A stretch of DNA of 22,181 nt from an uncultured Pseudomonadota bacterium (GTDB taxonomy: Bacteria; SAR324; NAC60-12), in assembly GCA_913020725.1 (NCBI GenBank), contig CAJWCD010000053.1, positions 1 to 22,181 of the forward strand, read 5' to 3'. The translations under genes and the position numbers were made by a program. The notes under the pieces are model-generated. The model worked only from the letters and a program-made list of their open reading frames with translations, was not told the DNA's origin and did not search any database. Positions 15,969 to 22,181 of the stretch are shown here, piece after piece (the stretch's first letter is position 1; each line of letters opens with the position of its first letter).

Positions 15969-17948
15969 ATGAGTCAACCGGAACTGTGGATTCCAAAAAC
16001 ACGGAGCAAGGAAACGGCCTGTCAGGTTCCAGAGTCCATTCAAACGCAGGTGGTGGTTCGGCAGTACCAGAAACTCAAGGAGATTGCAGGAACACCAGGA
16101 CAGCCCCGCCTGATCGTGATTGACGAGGAGGCCTATGGCGAGTGGGAGCAGGCGCAACAGGAGTTTTCCCCGGAAACCGGAGCGTTGTTGCTCGATTTCG
16201 GATCGCGTCCGGAGTTGACCGGAGACTCGGAAAAACTGCTGGGCTGGGTTTCGGCAGCAGGACTCACGGAGAGCCGCTGGGAGTTTCTGATCTTGCAAGG
16301 GTTGGAGACGCTTGCCGCTCGGAATCGTCTCCAAGCGCTGGAGGAAGCGCTGGGAGAACAGCGGAACCGACTGGAGGAACTCAACGAGATCGGAGTCTCG
16401 CTTTCCGGGGAGAAGAACCTGACGCAGCTCCTGCGACTGATCATCGCCAACGCAATGAAACTCACGCACGCCGATGGCGGCAGCCTCTACTTGCTGGAGC
16501 CGATTCCAGATGAACCGGAAGACCCGAACAATTACCTTGCCAACCAGCAGCTACATTTTGAAGTCCTCATCAACGATTCTCGGAAGATGTCTGCCGAGGC
16601 GATTTTGCTGGCGATCACACCGGATTCGATCTGCGGACAGGTCATCCTCACGGGCAAGCCGATCCTGCTTGACGATGTTTACGACCTGCCCCCGGATGGA
16701 GCGGTGCAGTGGGGCGGCAAGGCGGTGGACAAACGCTACGGCTATCGCACCAAGTCGATGCTCACGGTTCCCTTGCTCACCCACGAGGGACGGGTCGCCG
16801 GCGTCCTCCAACTGCTCAACCGCAAGCAACACCGGGAGCAGGTGCTTGGTGATGTTGCGGACATCCTCAAGGAGGTCTGCTCCTTCGACAACGAAGATCT
16901 GCGGGTGATCGAATCCATCGCTTCGCAGGCGGCGACGGCGCTCAGCAACGCCCAGTTACTCGGTTCTATCCACATCCTTTTCGATGGCTTCATCAATGCC
17001 AGCGTCAAAGCGATCGAGTCCCGCGATCCCACCACGTCTGGACACTCCAGCCGCGTAGCCACCCTGACCATTGCGTTGGCGGAGTTGGTCCACCAGATGC
17101 CTACCGGGAGGTTCCGGGACACGCATTTCTCCATCGATCAGCTTCACGAAATCCGCTATGCCTCGCTGCTGCACGATTTTGGAAAAATCGGAGTCCGGGA
17201 GCAGGTGCTGATCAAGGCAAAGAAGCTCTACCCCAACGAAGAACAGGCGGTGATGGACCGCTTTCGGTTGATCCGGCAGTCTCTGGAACTGTCCATGACC
17301 CGGAAGCAACTGGAGTATTTTCTGGAGAAATCCCGCGGGGACGCAGTTGCGGCCTATGGGCAGGGGCAGCAGGAATTGGAGGAGCGTCTGCACGAGTTGG
17401 ACGAGCAACTCGAGTTTGTCATCCACTGTAATGAACCAACCGTGCTAGCGCAGGGTGGATTTGAGAAACTTCAGGAAATCGAACAACTCCGTTTTGCCCA
17501 CCCTTCCGGGGTGGAGATGCCTTACCTCAACACAGGCGAGTTGCACTCGCTGTCGGTGCCAAAGGGATCGCTGAACGAGCAGGACCGCGCAGAAATCGAG
17601 TCCCACGTCACGCACACCTACAACTTCCTTCGCATCATTCCGTGGTCGGCAAACCTCAGTCAGGTGCCTGAAATCGCTCACGCCCATCACGAAAAGCTCA
17701 ACGGTTCTGGATACCCGCGCAAGCTCAATGGGGGACAAATTCCCCTGCAGGCCAAGATGATGACGATCGCGGACATCTACGATGCGCTGACGGCGTGGGA
17801 CCGACCCTACAAGAAAGCCATGCCTGCAGAGCGGGCGTTCAACATTTTGGGATTTGAGGCCAAGGACGGGAACATCGACACCGACCTGCTGGAGGTCTTC
17901 ATCGACGCGAAGCTCTACACGTTGGTTTCTCGACCAAGAACGAGCTGA
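15969..17948 (+). CDS. GAF + HD-GYP domain cyclic-dinucleotide phosphodiesterase
   Basis: ATG 15969 after GGAGG. GAF domain (ADGGSLYL...YRTKSMLTVPL...GVLQLLN), T.GHS.RV, LHDFGKIG, HHEKLNGSGYP, IADIYDALT..RPYK. Confidence 0.92.
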   Translation: MSQPELWIPKTRSKETACQVPESIQTQVVVRQYQKLKEIAGTPGQPRLIVIDEEAYGEWEQAQQEFSPETGALLLDFGSRPELTGDSEKLLGWVSAAGLTESRWEFLILQGLETLAARNRLQALEEALGEQRNRLEELNEIGVSLSGEKNLTQLLRLIIANAMKLTHADGGSLYLLEPIPDEPEDPNNYLANQQLHFEVLINDSRKMSAEAILLAITPDSICGQVILTGKPILLDDVYDLPPDGAVQWGGKAVDKRYGYRTKSMLTVPLLTHEGRVAGVLQLLNRKQHREQVLGDVADILKEVCSFDNEDLRVIESIASQAATALSNAQLLGSIHILFDGFINASVKAIESRDPTTSGHSSRVATLTIALAELVHQMPTGRFRDTHFSIDQLHEIRYASLLHDFGKIGVREQVLIKAKKLYPNEEQAVMDRFRLIRQSLELSMTRKQLEYFLEKSRGDAVAAYGQGQQELEERLHELDEQLEFVIHCNEPTVLAQGGFEKLQEIEQLRFAHPSGVEMPYLNTGELHSLSVPKGSLNEQDRAEIESHVTHTYNFLRIIPWSANLSQVPEIAHAHHEKLNGSGYPRKLNGGQIPLQAKMMTIADIYDALTAWDRPYKKAMPAERAFNILGFEAKDGNIDTDLLEVFIDAKLYTLVSRPRTS

Positions 17949-17951
17949 AGT

Positions 17952-17986
17952 TGACACTATCGATTGTCACTGACTTGTGCTACAAT
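17952..17986 (+). promoter_or_regulatory. Extended -10 promoter (TGcTACAAT) with an upstream TGACA-N8-TGTCA palindrome, ahead of the M23-bactofilin-ftsB genes
   Basis: TG at 17978-79, TACAAT at 17981-86; palindrome arms at 17952-56 and 17965-69. Confidence 0.45.
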
Positions 17987-18013
17987 TTTACGGTTTGAGC
18001 CGTTGCCATTGCT

Positions 18014-19348
18014 ATGCGCCACTTTGACGTAAGAATCATTCGCTATCGAGAATCCGGAGTCCAGCAACGCGTGGTCAGCGGTCTGTTGATCATGGCCGTG
18101 CTGATGCTGGTGCTCGCGGCAGGAATCGGCGCGGGGGTGTACTTTCACCAGCAGTCTCAGAACATCGTGGAGCAGCAGCGCGTCATCCGGGATCAGGAGG
18201 CGAGCCAGGCCAAGTTGCAACGCCGGGTCGATATGTTCGACGAGCGCGAGGCCCGCATCGAGTTTTTGGAGGATTATGTCGCCGAACTCAAGCAATCCGC
18301 GCAAAGCAGCGAAACGGCCTACCGCAAGCATTTAGCCTTGGTGCGAGGTGGGATGGAAAAACTCGAGCAAGTTCACGACTTCATGTGTGAGCGACTGAAT
18401 GTTCCCTGCGCTCCCAACCCCTACTCGATGAGCAATCCGCGTGAGGGCTTGCAGTGGTTAGAGGTTTTGCAGCAGGACTTCACACGCTTTGACGACGCCT
18501 TGCAGGAGTACGCCACCAAGCGGCAGACCTTTGAAGTGCAGGCGCACACGATTGTGCAACTCCGGACACAGATTGACGAAGCCGAGCGCGATTTGGCCGA
18601 GCACATGGAATTCCTGCGCTTGCGGGAAGACACGATGCGTCGACTCTCCCAGAAGATCAGCAAGGCCACAGGCATCCCGTTGGATGCGGAAAGCCGCTCC
18701 ACGAAACGCACCAAGGCCAAGAACAGCGGCGGCCCAACCCTGCTCGACCGGATGACGTTGAAGGGTTCTGGAGGGCTGATGTTGCCTGGGCAGTTGCGCG
18801 GCTACCTCTATGCGAACTCCGAGAAGTACGAGTTCGGAGTTCGGGTTTACGAAGGTTTGAGCGTGGTTGTCGAGCGCAATCGAACGCTCTGGCGACAGAC
18901 CCCCACCGTCATTCCTGTGCGTAGTCGGCTACTCTCGGATCGTTTTGGAAAGCGCCACGATCCTTTCACCAAACGTCGGGAGTTTCACTCAGGACTGGAC
19001 TTTATCGCCCGCAAGGGGTCTCCTATCTACGCTCCCGCCGATGGCATGGTGCGTCGGGCGAAACGCCATTTTGGATACGGGCTGATGGTGGAACTGAACC
19101 ACGGGCGCGGCTTCTACCCGAACAGCAAGAAGACTGTCCGCTACCGCACTCGCTTTGCCCACCTCTCAAAAATCGTGGTGCGGCGTGGGCAGCGTCTGAA
19201 ACGCGGGGATTTGCTGGGGCGTGTTGGCAGCACTGGGCGGAGCACAGGACCGCACCTTCATTACGAAATTCTGGTGAACGGACGCCATGCGGACCCCCTC
19301 GTCCCCATTCGTCGGTTTGCTCCCGGACAAAGACTCTATCATCGCTAA
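18014..19348 (+). CDS. Membrane-anchored M23 (LytM) peptidoglycan endopeptidase with coiled-coil stalk
   Basis: N-terminal TM, heptad-rich region, FG.R.DPF, HSGLD (HxxxD), GSTGRSTGPHLHYE (HxH). Confidence 0.93.
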   Translation: MRHFDVRIIRYRESGVQQRVVSGLLIMAVLMLVLAAGIGAGVYFHQQSQNIVEQQRVIRDQEASQAKLQRRVDMFDEREARIEFLEDYVAELKQSAQSSETAYRKHLALVRGGMEKLEQVHDFMCERLNVPCAPNPYSMSNPREGLQWLEVLQQDFTRFDDALQEYATKRQTFEVQAHTIVQLRTQIDEAERDLAEHMEFLRLREDTMRRLSQKISKATGIPLDAESRSTKRTKAKNSGGPTLLDRMTLKGSGGLMLPGQLRGYLYANSEKYEFGVRVYEGLSVVVERNRTLWRQTPTVIPVRSRLLSDRFGKRHDPFTKRREFHSGLDFIARKGSPIYAPADGMVRRAKRHFGYGLMVELNHGRGFYPNSKKTVRYRTRFAHLSKIVVRRGQRLKRGDLLGRVGSTGRSTGPHLHYEILVNGRHADPLVPIRRFAPGQRLYHR

Positions 19349-19359
19349 AGGAGGACACT

Positions 19360-19773
19360 ATGGCCAAGACCAGCAATTCCCCCCTGTCACAGAAAGAACT
19401 CGCCTACCTTGGCGAGGATTTGCATGTTGAAGGAACCGTGTATTGCACCAACCGGATGGTCATCAACGGCTCGGTGGCTGGCAGTGTGCAAGGCAAGGCC
19501 GAGGTGACGGTTGGCCGTCAGGGGGCGGTGCAGGGCAGTATTGATTGCTTGCAGGCCGTGATTTCTGGAAAGGTGGAGGGCAACCTGACCGTTCACAATC
19601 GACTGGAGATTTCCGGAAGTGGCCGCATTAAAGGTGAGATCAACGTGCAGCCCGGTCAGATGATCATCCGGGAGGGTGCAGTGCTTGAGGGCAGTTGTGT
19701 CGCTTTGCCGCCCCAAGCAGTCGCACCGCCGACCAAACGGACGTTTCCGAAACCGGCTACCAGAACCTCCTGA
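19360..19773 (+). CDS. Bactofilin (polymer-forming cytoskeletal protein, CcmA family)
   Basis: RBS AAAGGAGG; beta-helix repeats LGEDLHVEG...INGSVAGSV...V.VG..G.VQGSI...ISGKVEGNL....LEI..SGRIKGEI...I.EGA.LEG.C. Confidence 0.9.
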   Translation: MAKTSNSPLSQKELAYLGEDLHVEGTVYCTNRMVINGSVAGSVQGKAEVTVGRQGAVQGSIDCLQAVISGKVEGNLTVHNRLEISGSGRIKGEINVQPGQMIIREGAVLEGSCVALPPQAVAPPTKRTFPKPATRTS

Positions 19774-19824
19774 TTTTCGGATTCCGGGAAGGGCTTGGGC
19801 CGCACACCGCCTTCCAAACGCGCC

Positions 19825-20328
19825 ATGGACTACCGCAAGACCCGACCACAACCCCAGCAACGACGACCCCGGAAACCGTTGGTTTCCTCAGCGTCTCCCA
19901 CACCTCGTCCTCTCAAAAATCAGGATCGTATTGTTTACGTCCGGGGCTTGTTTGCCCCACCGAAGGGCGAGGACGACTTACGCGTGGACCGCGAGGCCGC
20001 CGAGTGGCAGGCGTTGTTCACGATGGTGTTGCTCGCCAGCTTTGTACTGGTGATCGGGTTGATCATGGTGGTTGGAGATTACGGCTGGCTGGCGATTGAA
20101 AAACTAGAGGCGCGGGAGCAGCAGTTGCAGGCGGAACTACTGTCTATGCAAACAGACGAGGAACGCTTGCGGCGAGAAGTGGTCGCCCTGCGTTCCGATC
20201 CAGTCTATCTGGAAGCCACGGCCCGGACCATGCTGGGGTTGGCAAAACCAGCCGAGCGTATCCTGCGGCTCCCGGAATCCCTGCGGGTGGAGCAGGCCGA
20301 AACCGGACTGGCCCGGCTCAGTCGGTAG
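19825..20328 (+). CDS. ftsB: FtsB/DivIC septum formation initiator family protein; start uncertain (19795 or 19825)
   Basis: TM followed by GDYG, a coiled coil, and L..DP.YLE..AR..LGLAKP.E.I. Confidence 0.78.
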   Translation: MDYRKTRPQPQQRRPRKPLVSSASPTPRPLKNQDRIVYVRGLFAPPKGEDDLRVDREAAEWQALFTMVLLASFVLVIGLIMVVGDYGWLAIEKLEAREQQLQAELLSMQTDEERLRREVVALRSDPVYLEATARTMLGLAKPAERILRLPESLRVEQAETGLARLSR

Positions 20329-20776
20329 GCAGCACTGGAATCTCGGATTGCAAGGTCAGCAGCCGCTCCCGCATTTCTGGGGGCATTGGCGCTTTCTGAT
20401 TGGTCCGGTAATCGTAGCACACCCCCAGCCCTTCTCCTTCCGCGGCGACCACCCCCAATTGCTCACTGACCAGCCGATGGTGAATCACCATGCGATCCTC
20501 TCCCAGCGACACGGCTCGTGCTCCTGCGTGGATCGTGTCCGGAAAGGTCACGGGGGCGCGATAGCGACACTGGATGGACGCGAGGATCGTGCCCACTCCC
20601 GTCTGCTTCATGCTTTCCGAAACCCCGATGGCATCGAAAAAAAGGAGGCGAACGTGTTCCATCCAGCGGATGTACACCGTGTTGTTGACGTGTTGCATCG
20701 CATCGTGATCGCCCCAGTACACGGGAATCTGCATGGTGATCGGATACGGCTCTAGCAGTTCTTCGGTGGCACTCAT
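20318..20776 (-). CDS. Acyl-CoA thioesterase (4HBT/YbgC hotdog family); start probably 20776
   Basis: V.WGD.DAMQHVNNTVY.RW.E..R, ILAS..CRYRAPVTFPD, AEGEG..VCYDY. Confidence 0.9.
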   Translation of the reverse strand: MSATEELLEPYPITMQIPVYWGDHDAMQHVNNTVYIRWMEHVRLLFFDAIGVSESMKQTGVGTILASIQCRYRAPVTFPDTIHAGARAVSLGEDRMVIHHRLVSEQLGVVAAEGEGLGVCYDYRTNQKAPMPPEMRERLLTLQSEIPVLPTD

Positions 20777-20850
20777 TTTCAATCGTGAAACCAGATGGTG
20801 AATCAATCAGCCAGCATTATGAAATGCACTGGAACAGAATACCAGAACCA

Positions 20851-21543
20851 ATGACGGCGACCCACGAACAATCCTCCGGCCCCCAACGCCGTGCCGTGGT
20901 GGTCTGCAATGGCGAGGCGCCAACACGGGATCTGCTGCTCCAGAAGTGGTCCGCCGTAGATTTGCGGGTGGCGGCGGATGGCGGGGGCAACACCCTTGCG
21001 GCGCTGGGCTTGTCGCCCGATGTGGTGGTGGGTGACTTGGATTCGCTCTCCCCGGAAGTCCGGAAGAGCCTGCCCCCTGAAGCGATTTACCATGTACCGG
21101 GGCAGGACACCAACGATGCCGACAAGGCGATTCACCACTGTCTGGAACAGGGCATGACGGAGGTTCACCTGTTTGGAGCGGACGGCGGGCGGGCCGATCA
21201 GTTTCTCGCAAACCTTGAGGTGATGCTGCGCTACTCCCGGGAAGCCCGGCTGGTGTTGTGGTCCTCACGGGAGCGGATGGAGTTCATTCACGATTCATGG
21301 CAGGAAACGCTGGCTCCAGAGACGGTTGTTTCACTGTTGCCGATCTTTGGCCCCGTGCAGAGTGTGGTCACAAGCGGATTAGCGTACCCACTGGAAGGGC
21401 GTCACCTGATTCCGGGACAGCCGCCCTCTGGAGTGTCCAACCAAGTGACTGACGAAACGGTGCGGATCTCCTGTGAATCCGGAGCCTTGCTGCTCTGCGT
21501 CCAACACACTCCGAACGGCGTGTCGCCCGTGTTTTCACGTTGA
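20851..21543 (+). CDS. thiN: Thiamine pyrophosphokinase; start probably 20851
   Basis: AADGG.N, PDVVVGDLDS, QDTND.DKA, GA.GGR.DQ.LAN, VSLLP, T.GL.YPL, GVSN. Confidence 0.9.
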   Translation: MTATHEQSSGPQRRAVVVCNGEAPTRDLLLQKWSAVDLRVAADGGGNTLAALGLSPDVVVGDLDSLSPEVRKSLPPEAIYHVPGQDTNDADKAIHHCLEQGMTEVHLFGADGGRADQFLANLEVMLRYSREARLVLWSSRERMEFIHDSWQETLAPETVVSLLPIFGPVQSVVTSGLAYPLEGRHLIPGQPPSGVSNQVTDETVRISCESGALLLCVQHTPNGVSPVFSR

Positions 21544-21567
21544 CTTTCCAAACAAAACTGCAATACT
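21540..21567 (+). promoter_or_regulatory. Probable sigma70 promoter for tRNA-Lys
   Basis: TTGACT at 21540-45, a 16-bp spacer, and TGc-AATACT at 21559-67, ending 11 bp before the tRNA. Confidence 0.5.
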
Positions 21568-21578
21568 CTGAATGCTGT

Positions 21579-21654
21579 GGGTCGGTAGCTCAGTTGGTAG
21601 AGCATCTGACTTTTAATCAGGTGGTCCGGGGTTCGAGACCCCGCCGACCCACCA
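21579..21654 (+). tRNA. tRNA-Lys (anticodon UUU)
   Basis: 76 nt. Acceptor stem GGGTCGG/CCGACCC, D arm AGCTCAGTTGGTAGAGC, anticodon arm TCTGA-CTTTTAA-TCAGG, T arm with GGTTCGAGACC, encoded CCA. Confidence 0.98.
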
Positions 21655-21694
21655 GCAATATCAAGGGTTAAGAGGGTTTTTAGGAGTTCCAGAT

Positions 21695-21754
21695 TATTCT
21701 CTATATATTCTCTTATAGCCTTCTTTCTTGCCAGAGTATTCTCTAGATACTCTA
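21695..21754 (+). repeat. Direct repeats TATTCTCT (three exact copies plus one variant) in the AT-rich tract after the tRNA
   Basis: TATTCTCT at 21695, 21706 and 21737; variant GATACTCTA at 21746. Confidence 0.6.
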
Positions 21755-21856
21755 CATAGAAATCCCCTCAGAAGCCCTCAGACAACCCCCGATTCAGCCA
21801 GCCTTTCCCTCATCATCATCACAATTGGGTCAAAAACAACGGTTCTTGACTTTTGT

Positions 21857-21976
21857 GTGTACGATCCCCACAATCTCTTGATTCCGGCCTGGGAAGCCTG
21901 TGTGGTCGCCACCTCATCCTACCTTGGCGTGGAGGATACCGATGCCACCGAACTTGCCAGAAGTGTGGAAATATGA
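21857..21976 (+). pseudogene. Decayed C-terminal fragment of a tyrosine recombinase/integrase
   Basis: CTG GGA A GCC TGT GTG GTC GCC ACC TCA TCC TAC CTT GGC GTG GAG reads LG(frameshift)ACVVATSSYLGVEDTDATELARSVEI*. This resembles box II LG(H/Q)xxxxxTxxY followed by an LGxExxDAxxLA tail. Confidence 0.55.
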
Positions 21977-22181
21977 AATACCTGATCGCAATCTGTGCTC
22001 TAATCCTCCCACTGAGCGTGGGAGCTTATGAACCGGAGAATTTGAAGCGTCTCAAGAAGACAAACGAATGTCTGAAGTGTGACCTTTCATATGCCAAGCT
22101 GAGGGGGGCCAATCTGGAGAGGGCCTATCTGGAGGGGGTCTATTATTGGGAGAGTTCTCACGCCTGCTATGCCACAATGCC
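21973..22181 (+). CDS. Exported pentapeptide-repeat protein, runs off window end
   Basis: Manual translation: MKYLIAICALILPLSVGA-YEPENLKRLKKTNECLKCDLSYAKLRGANLERAYLEGVYYWESSHACYATM. Signal peptide, TNECxxCDL cap and A(N/K/Y)Lxx repeats. Confidence 0.75.
   Translation, partial: MKYLIAICALILPLSVGAYEPENLKRLKKTNECLKCDLSYAKLRGANLERAYLEGVYYWESSHACYATM

Noticed and set aside
21728..21976. 82-aa ORF as an intact gene
   Set aside because: The 5' half runs through the AT-rich repeat tract with no RBS; only the 3' end looks protein-derived (reported as an integrase remnant).
22006..22024. Hairpin CTCCCAC-tgagc-GTGGGAG
   Set aside because: It lies inside the signal-peptide coding region with no U-tract; likely chance.
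1..22181. CRISPR arrays, rRNA, intact IS/transposase or defence genes
   Set aside because: None seen: no regularly spaced repeats and no transposase, Cas or nuclease motifs in any ORF.

Overview
A GC-rich bacterial chromosome segment that is mostly housekeeping. The gene repertoire suggests a Gram-negative, deltaproteobacteria-like or SAR324-like organism (inference only). From left to right: a minus-strand cassette (DUF4399-like exported protein, chemoreceptor, 5' end of a 2Fe-2S IorA/CoxS-type subunit); a 38-codon CheB-like remnant overlapping the start of a ClC-CBS-2xRCK_C transporter, then a YdgA/DUF945-like protein; a minus-strand pair encoding a DUF4743 Nudix hydrolase and a core (C-terminal-only) MetE-like enzyme; a tightly packed plus-strand operon (solo LigA domain-Ia-like protein, rodZ, TIGR01212 radical SAM, rsfS, murB, ftsQ, orphan GspE/PilB ATPase); a thioesterase gene broken by one in-frame TAA; a GAF/HD-GYP phosphodiesterase; M23 peptidase, bactofilin and ftsB; a second thioesterase; thiamine pyrophosphokinase; and tRNA-Lys(UUU). 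The tRNA is followed by an AT-rich scar with direct repeats, a decayed tyrosine-recombinase C-terminus and a pentapeptide-repeat gene that runs off the window. The most unusual observations are the solo NAD-ligase-Ia-like gene heading a cell-shape/division operon, the symmetric 22-residue (2x11) insertions in the chemoreceptor hairpin, the CheB remnant uORF, and the integrase/att scar at tRNA-Lys. All assignments come from motif recognition by eye; no searches were run.
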